Positions 52,574 through 64,000 of a DNA stretch of 64,000 nucleotides are shown here, piece after piece. Positions within the stretch are counted from its first letter, which is position 1. Each line of letters opens with the position of its first letter. A program made the position numbers and the translations under genes. Under the pieces are notes generated by a model. That model did no database searches and had not been told where the DNA came from. It saw only the letters and a list, made by a program, of their open reading frames with translations. This DNA is from Haplodiscus bocki (taxonomy: Eukaryota). The stretch lies in the NCBI GenBank assembly GCA_965655095.1, contig OZ296648.1:122202001-122266000 (forward strand), given 5' to 3'.

Positions 52574-52879
52574 CGGCAACAGCGATCAGCAGCAGCAACC
52601 AGCAGCAGCAACCAACTACAGCAATCGACAGCAGCAACCATCAGCAGCAATCAACAGCAGCAACCAGCAAAGCAACCAGCAGTAGCAATCAGCAGCAGCG
52701 ACCAGCAACAGCGATCGGCAGCAGCAACCAGCAGCAGCAACCAAATACAGCAATCAGCAGCAGCAGCGATCAACAGCAGCAATTAGCAACAGCGATCAAC
52801 ATCAGCAATCAGCAGCAGCGATCAACAGCAGCAATTAGCAACAGCGATCAACATCAGTAACCAGCAGCAGCAACCAGCA
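52574..52879 (+). repeat. 13-bp CAG-based minisatellite, consensus CAGCAGCAGC(A/G)A(C/T), ~23 units
   Basis: Parses as CAGCAGCAGCAAC CAGCAGCAGCAAC CAACTACAGCAAT CGACAGCAGCAAC CATCAGCAGCAAT... with a 52-bp (4-unit) duplication at 52758/52810. Confidence 0.9.
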
Positions 52880-54285
52880 TTCGTCCCACCAGCAGCACCT
52901 ATACGATCAACGCCGGCATCTGTTAGTTATCACTACGGTTCCTAGCAGAGGATATCCCACTAGCAGTTGACCTAGGACTGGCTGCCCGGTAGCAGAGTGT
53001 AATCACCGCACCGAGGCCCATTTTTGGTACTTTTCCATTTTTCTAAAATCCCTTTTTTGTGATTTTTTCCCTTTTTTGCTAAGACTTAGAACTGATTGGT
53101 AAAAATAAAACAGATAATAATCACGACCAGTTGACAGTCCTTATGACTTATGTCCTGGTCGCAGATAAAAGAGAATAAAAAATAATTGCTGGTGTCCCGT
53201 GGGTCCGGACTGTATCGGCAGGTGACTAAAAACCAGCCTTAAGATTACGACGGGACTAGTGGAACATCCATACGGTGGTCATTTTTTATACTAAGAGTAG
53301 TGTAAAATGCATGTATTTTAAAATGCATGTAATTTGAACTCCTTTTCTCTAAGAACTGGCCTAACCAGCCTGAGACTAAAACAGGGATTAGGAGTTTTAA
53401 CCCGTTAGCCTAGAAATCTAGAGGAAGACGTGGTTTAGCTAAACGTAAATCAAACCGTAAAATGACTGGCTGAAAAAAGGAATGGCTCGAAATGGTGTAT
53501 GTCTTTGCTCTTTTCACAGATTTTCCAGTTTCAACAGCATCTATTGTGGATGTGGATCGGCTTTAATTCTAATGTGTTATATATTTTTTTGTTTTTGTTA
53601 TGGGGCTTAAATTTGAATAGTCCAATAATCTACTTGTGATAGTTCAGTTTATAATTCAATTGGACTGAATTGAACGAGTCCAATTTTTACGTATGATTTA
53701 TAGTCTCTTGAATGATATCAAGTTAAATAATTGAACATTTTTATTTGAACTTATGATTTTAATTCAAACTAAATTAAAGTAGTGAAATTAGCTTAACGTT
53801 AATTATTTTTCATAACAGTTTGTGGCATCCCCCTTTTAACCCCTCGGTTATTCCACTGACTTCTCGTTGAATAAAATTCGGTATCTTCACTAAATTCACG
53901 GGTAAATTTTAATTGAACTTAAAAAAAATTGACATGTTGAAAATTTGTATAAATTGCTTTGCTAATGTTGATAGAAATTAAAGGAGAGAAAGTCGAATAT
54001 ATATAGTGTAAATGTAATGCGCAAAAATTAGGACCATGTGGCAATTTTCCTGTGCTATCCCGTGCTTACAGCCCCAGACAAATCTGAGTAATTTCCCTTT
54101 ACGTACGTGCAGTCATATTCCTTTTAGAATTTCAACATATTAAGATACGTTTGCTGATAATTTAACTTTCCTTGTTATTATTCTCCACTATAGCTTACAA
54201 GTCCTTGCTTGAAATCACGCAACCCCTTTGTTCGCACGGTTAAGCAAGGCATGCTATTGAGACTTATAAAAAATAGCCGTCGCTA

Positions 54286-54861
54286 CAACGCAGCAGTGCT
54301 GATTGAGTCAGCCGCCAGCACAACTAAGTAAATATTAGATTTTCAATACTTCAATACCCCTACCACGTGCAACAGATTCTTGCAAGATTGACGTCGTCTG
54401 CAAGAATCTTCAAAGAAATAAATTTTTCCTGCAAAATTCTTTGAAGGTTCATTTTTTTTGAAAGAATATGTATGAATCTTGCAAGATATGTATTTGTCTT
54501 CATCTAGGGATGCTTCAGAACAGAAGCAAACTAATGGACTCAGGAGTACCAAGAAAGAAATCAAAATTCAGAAGAATGAAGCTTTTCGAAAGAGATGTGG
54601 AAGTAGATCTTCATCACGAAAACAACAGAAATTTCAATGATGGCTCCGCATGACTGCTTTATCTCAAATTTCTCTATCGAACCTCCGCTTTTTAGAGAGT
54701 TAAATTGTTGAGAAATTAGTTGATGTCGAATTACAACAAGCTAATGGATTTCTAGCGTTTCTGAAATGTTTCCAGGACTTGGAAAAATTTAAGTGAAACA
54801 ATCCATCGATGAATCAACAACAGACACTGGCGGCTGATTCGACTACCAGCCCGCTGCATTG
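54286..54861. mobile_element. Relic element bounded by ~35-bp imperfect inverted repeats
   Basis: CAACGCAGCAGTGCTGATTGAGTCAGCCGCCAG (54286-54318) vs CTGGCGGCTGATTCGACTACCAGCCCGCTGCATTG (54827-54861): 11-bp perfect core plus matching GCTGC.TTG ends. Confidence 0.5.
54357..54509 (+). mobile_element. TTGCAAGA-rich MITE-like element, copy 4
   Basis: TA|CCCCTACC...AGATTCTTGCAAGATT...ATCTTGCAAGATATGTATTTGTCTTCATCTAGGG|AT; CCC...GGG termini. Confidence 0.65.
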
Positions 54862-57800
54862 ATGAACCCTAATCTAAAAAAATGACTTATCCTAAAAATA
54901 AATACTGGTGACAGATCCTAAACCATGAGAAACTGATGAAAGCTAAGTTTTAATTTACTGACAAACATAAAAATTGTATACTTGTGATGAACACCAAACT
55001 ATATATTATTGATAAAACCTAAACTGGATAACAGTGACACATCTTGAACTATACAAGACTGGCAAATCCTAAAACAAATAAAGGTGATCACGATTAAACT
55101 ATAAGATTGTGATAAATCCTAATTTTTATAGTAGTGACAAATCTTAATTCTTATATTAGTGATACATCTGAACTTTACAATAGGATGAATCCAAACTCCA
55201 TATCATCGAAAAATCGTTAACTTTGTAAAAGTGTTTTATCATAGACTATACAACAGTGATAAATCCTAAACCGTGATTTAGTACTTACTGCTAAATTTTT
55301 TGATTGTTTTGAACCTTAACTAAACAATAGTGATATATAGTCAAATACTCATTTGGGAAAAAACCTAAACTGTATTTTAGTGATATTTCCGAAACTACAC
55401 AATCGTGATAAAACACCAAACTTCATTTCACTGGAAAAGACGAAACATTACAGTAATGATATTTCCTGAAGCTAAAAACAGTGATAAACCCGAAACAATA
55501 AAACTAGATAAAACCTTAGAGAAAGATAACAGTGAGATACCTTAAGCTTTGCAGTTAGGATAAAAGTTGAACTTTAAATTACTGACAAAAAAGAAAACTG
55601 TATGGTTGTGATGAATCCCAAACTATAAATTAGTGGTCAACCCTGAACTATATATTATTGATACACCTTGAACTATACAATAGTGATAAAACCCAAAAAA
55701 TTTATAAAAACGACGATGACTAAACTATTAGACAGTGATTTTCCCTAAAGTAAACAACTGTGAAAAATCGGATTTTATTGATAGCTCTTGAACTTTACAC
55801 AAGTGATCAACCCTCAAAAAAAAGTACTGATAAAAACTAAACGATACACTACTGATAAACCCTAATCAATAAAACACCTATAAATCCTAAACTACACATT
55901 AGTGATGAATCCTAATATAAATGATAGTGACAAAAACTGAAGGATACAATAGTCAAAAACCCTAAATGAAAAATTACGGAAAAATACTAAACTTTAAAGT
56001 AGTGACGATTGTTGAAAGTCTTAAAAGCGATGAATCTTAGCCAAGTTAAAAGAGCAAACTCCTGTACTATACAATTGTCAAAAATCGTGAACTAGAAATT
56101 AGTGAAAAATAAGAAACTATACAATAGTGAACATTCCCAAACTGTAGAATATTGACAAAGCCGAAAATAGCAACAAAAAGTTACATTCTGACCTATAAAA
56201 TAGCAGCAAACCCAAAACAATGTAACGGTGATAAGTACTAAGCTTTAAAAAAAATATATTTCCTAAACTAGAAAGTAGTGATAAGTCCTGAACTATATAG
56301 TAATGATAGAACCTGAACTATACAGTATTGATGAATCCTAGACAAACAAAATCGAAAACTCCGAAACTATCCTATAGTGATAAATTCTAGACAACATTGA
56401 AGTGGAAATCCTAAAAAAATTATTCTGGTAACCACTCAACTATATAGTAGTTATGAAAACTAAACTGTATGTTAGTTTTCAATCCCTAACTGAAAACTAC
56501 TGAATCTTGCTCATTTATACAATAGGGATAAATCGTAAACAATGTCATAGTGACAAGACCTAAACCTTGTTTCAGTGAGGAAAAGTAAAGAAAGCAACAG
56601 TGAAAAATCTTGAAGTGTATAAAAGTGACAATTCCTAAATTTTATAAAAACAATATATCATGAACTATAAAAGAGTGGTTAAACCCAAATTATATTTTAA
56701 TGGTAACCAATATTTCATGTACTATTGGTAAATCCCGAACAATTCAAAAGTGATGGACCTTAGGGAAAGGTAATAGTGATACATCCTGAAATGTATATTC
56801 ATGAAAATCCACAGACTTCTTTTACTCATGATTTTAAGACTATATATTAACGATAAAAGTTAAACACTATAATGGTGATAATCGCCTCTTTGGATAACAG
56901 TGGAACATTCTGAACAGAACACTAGTGGCAAATCCTAAAACATACAATAATGATAATGACTGAAGCATATGGTAGTGGCAAATCTCAAACTATATCACAG
57001 AGACCAATCAATCCCCTTTCAAAAAATAGTGATACACCCTGAACTTTACAAAAGTGATGAAACTCAAATGTTTCAAAACTGAGGAAAATCGTAAACTCTG
57101 TAATGCTGATACATCAAAAACTAAAAAACAGTGCTCAATCTTAAATCGTAAACTAGAAAAAACTCCCAAACTATATAGTAATTGTAATCTGAAACTGAAC
57201 AATAAAGATAATTACTAGAGCATACAGTAAGGAAAAAGACTAAGTTAGATATTAGTGGTATTTCCTGAACTATATAACTTAAACTAAATGAAAGTGTTGC
57301 ATCCTAAACCACATACTCGTTATAAAACCCCAAACTTCCTTTTACTTAAAAAGACAAAACCTTACTGTAATGATAAATCCTGAAACAAAAAACAGTGATG
57401 AAACCGAGACTATAAAAATTGACAAGACCTTAGAAAAAGGTAATAGTGAGATATCTTAGGCTTTGAAACTCTGATAAACGATTTTTTTCAATTTACTGAC
57501 AAAAAAACTGTAAGGTTGCGATGAAAGTTAAACAATAAAACAGTGGTGAACCCTAAACTAGATAATAATGATACACTTTGAACGACACAATAGTGATAAA
57601 TCCCAAAACATATAGAGGTGACAAAGACTAAACTATGAAAAAAAGATTTTTCCTAAATTAAACAATGGTGACAAACCGGATTTTATTGATACCTCATGAC
57701 TTTACACAAGTGATAAATCCCCAACTATATAGTAGTAATAAAATCTAAACGATATGCTACATGATAAACCCTAAAAACTAAAACACTGAAAAAATCCTAA

Positions 57801-60800
57801 ACTACATAGCAGTGATGAATCCTAATATATATGATAGTGACACATCCTGAACGATACAAAAGTCAGCAGTAGTGATAATTGTTGAACTTTTTACTACTGA
57901 TAAACCCTAACCAAGACAAATAAAAAAAAACCTATACAAAACCCTTGTGAAAAATCGTGAACTAGAACTTACTGAAAAAATGGAAACTATAGTGTAGTGA
58001 TTAATCCCAAACTGTACAGTATTGACAAATCGTAAACTAAACAAAAACTTACAATCTGACTTATAAATTAGTGGCAACCCCAAAACTATGTACTGGTGAT
58101 AAATACAAAGCTACAATAAAAAGATAGTTCCTAAACAAAAAAAGTAGTGATAAGTCCACAACTATATAATAATGATACAACCTGAACTTCACAGTTTTGA
58201 TAAATCCTAAACCAGACAAAATCGAGAATTTCTGAACAATCTATTAGTGACAAATCCTAGACTATATTAAAGTGAAAATCCTAAACTTATATTTACTGGT
58301 GACCAGTTCACGTTAAAGTGGTTATAAAACCTAAACTGTATGTTAGTTAGAAATCCCCAACTAAACATTACTGACACTTGCTCAAGTATACAACAGGGAT
58401 AAATCCAAAACAATATCATAGTGACAAATCCTAAACCTTATTTCAGTGACAGAAATTAAAGTACATAACAAAGAAAAATCCTAAACCGTATACAAGTGGT
58501 AATTCCTAAAAGACATAAAAACGAAAAATCCTGAACTTTATAAGAGTGGTTAAACCCAAGACATGTTTTAACCATAACCAATAACTTATGTACTATTGAT
58601 AAAGACTAAACTATATAAAGGTGGAAAATCTCAAAGAAAATTATTAGTGATTCATCCTGAACAGTACATTCACGAAAAAAGCAAAACATTTTTTACTGAT
58701 GAATTTAGAATTGTCAATTAGTGATAAAAACTAAACTCCATAATGGTGATAATCCCCTCCTTGGATAACAGTGAATTATTTTAAATTGAACATTATTCGT
58801 TAATCCTAAAACATAAATTAGTGATAATGACTGAATCATATGATAGTGGCAAATCCCAAACCATAAAACAGCGACCAATCCTCTTTCAAAAATAGTGATA
58901 CACAATGAACTTTGCAATAATGATGAACCCCAAAAACTAGAATATTGAAAATTTGTCAACTCTGTAAAGGTGATACATCATAAGCTATCAAACAGTGATC
59001 AATCTTAAACCGTAAATTAGTAAAAGTCCCAAACTATACAAAAATTGTAATACGAAACTAAACAATAGTGATAATTACTGGAGCATACAGTATGGAAAAA
59101 GACTGAACTAGTTTTTATTGATAATTCTTGGTTTATATAATATTGATAACTCCTGAAACTAAATCTTTTTGATAAATCCTAATTTGTACAGAAATGAAAA
59201 TCCCAAACTCTTCTTTACAGATAAAAACTAAACCAAAAACTAGTGATAAGTCATAAACTGTATAAATGTGTTGCAAATTAAACTACATACTCGTTAAAAA
59301 ACGCAAATTTCTTTTCAATTAAAATTACAAAACTTTACTGTAATGATTTTTCCTGAAAAAAAATAGTGATAAATCCGAAACTATAAAAATTGATAAGACC
59401 TTAGAAGAGGATAATAGTGAGATATTTTAAGCTTCGAAAATCTCATAAAAGTTAAACTTTAATTTACAAACAAAATCAAAAACTGTATGGTAGTGATGAA
59501 TCTTAACCTATGAAATATTGGTGAACAATAAAATAGTTGATATTGATACACCTTGAACTGTACAGTGTTGATAAATCCCTCAACGTATAGAAGTGACAAT
59601 AACTAAAGTATAAGCTAGTGATAATTCCTAAACTAAATAATGGTGACAAACCGACGTTTATTGATAACTCTTGAACTTTACACAAATGAATAAGTCCCCA
59701 ACTATATAGTAGTGTTAAAATCTAAACGATACACTACTGATAAGCCCTAAACATTATAACACTGAAAAATCCTGAACTACATAAAAATGATGGAGCCTGA
59801 AATATATGATAAGGACACATCCTGAACGATACATTAGTCAAAAACCCTAAACTACAAACTACTGATAAAAAGTAAACTTTATAGTAACGAAAACTGCTGA
59901 ACTTCTTAATAGTGACAAAACCTAACCTTGTAAATTGTGAAAAATCATATACCACACTATTGTGAAATATAATAAACAACAAATTGCTGACAAATTTTGA
60001 ACTTTATAGCAGTGGATAACCTTAAACTGTAATGTAGAGACAAATCTTAAACTGGACAAAAAAATTACATACTGAACTATAAGATAGTGGCGAACACAAA
60101 ACTTTACCAAAGTGATAAATACAAATCTATATAACAAAAACAATTCCCAAAGTAAAAAATATTGAGAAGTCCTGAACTAGGTAGTATTGATAGATCCTGA
60201 ACTATACAGTGTTTTTAAATCCTGAATCAATGAAAATGGAAAAATCCTGAGACATGTTTTAGTGATATATCCTAGACTTTTTAAAATGGAACCCCTAAAC
60301 TAATTTATACGGTTAGCTACACAATCATATAGTAGTAATCGATCCTAAACTGTATGTTAGTTATAAATCCCCAACGAAATATTTGTGATATTTGCTGATA
60401 TATACCATACGCTCACATCCTAAACATTATCATACTGACAAAACCTAAACCTTATTTCAGTGATAAATACTAAAGTACATAACAGTGATGAATCCCAAAT
60501 TCTATAGAGCTGATAAATCCTAAATTTTAGAAAAGTGATATATCCTGAAGTATCTAAGAGTGGTTGAACCCAACATATTTTTTAACGATAACCAGCACTT
60601 TATGTACTATTGATAAACCCTAAAACAAATAAAAAAGATGAATCCTAAAGAAGGGTAATAATGACACATCGTGAACTGTACAATCAAGAAAAATCCCAAA
60701 CTTTACTTCATTGACGAAATTAAAACTACATATCAGTGAAAAAAACTAAACTAGATATTGTTGATAATCCCTTTAATGGATAACAGCGAAACTTCTGGAA

Positions 60801-63800
60801 TGAACAAAAGTGGTAAATCTTGAAACATAAAACCGTAATTATGACTGAACTATAAGATAGTGACAAAACTCAAACAAAAAAACAGAGGCCAATTTTATTT
60901 CAAATATTAGTCATACACCCTGAAATTTACAATAGTGACGAATCCCAAAAATTATGATAATGAAAAATCGCAAACTATGTAATAGTGATACATCATTAAC
61001 TATAAAACAGTGCTAAATCCCAAGCCGTAAATTGGTAAAAAGTCCTAAACTTTTTTATAAATATGATCTGAAAGTAAACAAGAGTGATAGCTACCGAAAG
61101 ATACAACAAGCAAAAAACCTAACTTGTTTTTAGTGATATTTCTTGAACTATATCACAGTGACACCTCCTAGAAGTAGATATTTCTGATAAAAGGTAAACT
61201 ATTCATCAGTGACTCAACCCTATACTTTATTTTATCGACAAAGACAAACCTTTATAGTTGTGATAAATCCTGCAACAAAAAATAGTGATAAACCCGAAAT
61301 TATAAAAGTTCATACAACCATTAGAAAAGATAGTAGTGACATATCTTAAGCTTTGAAAGTCTGATAAAAGCTAAACTATACTTTACTGACAAACATAGAA
61401 ATTGTATAGTAGTGATGAACCCCAAAAGAGAAAATAGTGGTGAATCTTAAACTAGATAATAATGATACACCTTGAACTATACAATAGTGATCAATCCTAG
61501 ACATATAAAAGTGACATGGACTAAACTATAACATAATGATATTTCCTAAACTGGATGAAAGTGACAAATCGACATTAATTGATGTTTGCTGAACTTTACA
61601 CAAGCGGTAAATCCTCAACTAAACATCTGTGATAAAAACTAAACGATTTAATACTGAAAAAACCTAAATTTCACAACATTGATAAATCCCAAACTAAAAT
61701 TTAGTGCTGATTCCCAGTTTATATGATAATGATGAATCTCAAAAAAAAGAATAGTGATACATGCTGAAATTTACACCAGGGACAAATCCTAAACTATATC
61801 GTGGTGACGAAGCGTAAACTATATAACAGTGATCATTACTAGACTAAAAAGAAGTGATAAACCCTCAACTATCAATTAGTATCAATTCCTAACCCAAAAG
61901 TTAGTCATAATTCCAAAAAGTAAAAAATAGTGGTACAACCTGAACAATACAATAGTGATATATCTTCAACTATTTTTAACAGATAAACGTTTAACAATTT
62001 TCTAGTGATAAGTCCTAAACTAAGGAAAAGTGGTAAATGCTAATCTATATAAAAGCAAAAAATCTTAAAACAAATGGCGGTGTTACATCCTGACCTATAC
62101 TCTAATGAAAAGTCCTCAACTAAACAAAAGTGCAAAATTTCAAACTCTGTTGTAGTTTAAATCCCAAACCAAAAATCGGTGATAAACCACAAAATATGCA
62201 TTATTGATAAACAAAAAACTATGTACTAGTGACAAAACCTAAATTTTATAAAAGTGATAAATCCTAAAGAAAAGTAATAGTGATACATCCCCAAACTTTG
62301 CATTCGTGATGAAACCTGAACTATGTTTTTCTGATAAATACAAACTCATAATATAGACATAAATCCTGAACCGTAAAATATTGATAAATCCTAGATTGGG
62401 AAAAATTGGTACATTCTGAAATATGCAATAGTGATAAAATCTCAACCATATCGTTTTGCTAAATCATAAACTATGAAACACTGATAAACGTTGAACTGAA
62501 ATAGTGACATGTAGGGAATTGAAATTTCAGAGATACATGCTACACCATACCAAAATGATGAAACCTAAACTATTCTCTACTGACAAATACAAAAACTCTT
62601 TATCAGTGATAGATCCTCAACTAGATAATAGTGTTACTTCATCAGGCAGGCATTAGTGATATATCCTAGAACAGAATTCAGTGATGAAGACTGATATATA
62701 TGGTAAAGATAAATCCTAAACTATCTTATAACGATAAATCCGATTTCGTGTGAAAATGATACGTCCTTAACTTTACAAAAAAATCACTCCCAAATTTTAC
62801 AAAATCAAAAAAACCGAAAGAAAAAATAGTGATAAATCCTGAACTATGCTTTAGTGGTAAAACCCAAGTTTCTAATAGTGACATCTCTTAAAGTGTACGA
62901 GGGTGGAAAATCCGAAACAATAAAATGATTATAACTCACATACATTAATGGTAAATTGTAAAATTCATCAGAGGTGATCAATCGAAAAGATAGATATTAG
63001 TGAAACATCCTAAACAATGAAATAGTGACCATCGTTTGAATTATATATCACTGATAAACACTAAACTTTCTAATAGTGACAAATCCTAATCTGAAAAGTA
63101 GTGATATATCCTAAACTATACTATACTGAGACTTTGTGAACTAGATAAAAGCGTTAAATCTCAAACAACCTGATAGTGATAAATCCTAAACTAGAAAATA
63201 AGGAAAAATCCCAAACTATCTAACAGTGATGACACCCATACTGTAGTTTAGTGACAAATGCAGAACTATACAGAAAAGATAAATCGTAAACTAAAAATGC
63301 GTGATAATGACTAATATTCGTGAAAATGATGAAACCTAAACTATATAAACGTCATAATTTCTAATTCACCTAAGAATGATACAGCTTGAAACCGGGTAAA
63401 TTTTGGAAAAGAGATAACTCCTAAAAAAACGAAAAACCTAAACTTTTAAATTAAAACTTAGTGGCATATCCTAAAGCTTTAAATCGTGATAAATACCTAA
63501 ATTATCCACAATGACAAGTCTTCATCTCTATAATAGTGATTAAACCTAAACTATATAAAATTGGTGAACCCTATCATTAAAAAATGAAGAAATGTAAATT
63601 ATATAGTAAAGAAACACCTAACTTGTATTGTAGTGATAAACCCTAAATTTAGATATAAGTGTTACATGCATAACTTTGAAAAAGTAATAATCCCCGAACC
63701 TTTCAAATCGTCAATCACATTTAACTCTGTAATAGTGACAAATCCGCAACTATATTTTAGTGATACACCGTGAACTCCACAATAGTGATAAAACCTAAAA

Positions 63801-64000
63801 TTTCTAACAGTGAGAAATCCAAAAATCTGAAAAAACTACAAAAATCGAAAACTTTCTACTGGTGGATTATCCAAAACTACAAAAAAGTGGTCAATCCTAA
63901 ACTATTCAAAAGTGAAAAAAAACCTTCTTTTTTTAACAGTGACAAACCCTAAAAACTGATATTACTGATACATCCAGAATTTTACCGAACTGATAAAAGC
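54857..64000 (+). repeat. Degenerate 25-bp satellite array 2 (continues past window end); paralogue of ~40690-49600
   Basis: Starts CATTGATGAACCCTAATCT, matching CATTGATAAACCCTAATCT at 40690. Paralogous ORFs at 42842 and 57008 (offset 14166). The rare motif TTACTTCATCAGGCAGGCATTAGTG occurs at both ~48220 and ~62634. Confidence 0.95.

Noticed and set aside
52373-52786. 137-aa Q/S/A-rich protein
   Set aside because: It is composed of the 60-bp and 13-bp repeats, starts at TTG, and the non-triplet period argues against coding.
53303-53335. Short 16-bp tandem duplication TAAAATGCATGTA(TTT)
   Set aside because: Ordinary slippage duplication with no further structure.
9761-62445. Minus-strand hydrophobic ORFs of 60-134 aa, including the identical ORFs at 16625/19143/21661
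   Set aside because: They are translations of the satellite reverse strand (LSLL, FITI, YHY motifs from the three frames). Their identity reflects DNA duplication, not protein conservation.
4975-64000. CRISPR-like array (recurring core with variable intervening bases)
   Set aside because: There is no invariant repeat with unique spacers. The whole 25-mer derives from one consensus, no cas genes are present, and the context is eukaryotic TE debris.
5000-64000. Telomeric repeat (CCCTAAA/CCCTGAA)
   Set aside because: The motif occurs only singly as a variant inside 25-bp monomers; I saw no tandem telomeric tract.

Overview
Eukaryotic, AT-rich, essentially non-coding window. About 55 of the 64 kb is one highly degenerate 25-bp tandem satellite (eyeballed consensus AAACTATATAATAGTGATAAATCCT, all monomers in the same orientation). 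It forms two arrays, ~4975-50585 and ~54857-64000 (running off the window end). The satellite has nested higher-order structure: near-identical 2518-bp units (~15.4-24.3 kb), a near-identical 3020-bp duplication (~27.5-33.5 kb), an older ~1.9-kb unit, and a ~9-kb block repeated at a ~14.2-14.4-kb offset on either side of a 4.3-kb non-satellite island, containing a ~1.1-kb near-identical patch. The non-satellite parts (1-4975 and 50586-54856) look like transposon debris: four copies of a short TTGCAAGA-rich MITE-like element with CCC/GGG-type ends, two other TIR-bounded relics, a 60-bp tandem repeat and a 13-bp CAG-based minisatellite. I can support no intact gene; the listed ORFs are mostly shadows of repeats. 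No rRNA, tRNA or CRISPR array was seen. All identities are visual estimates, not computed alignments.
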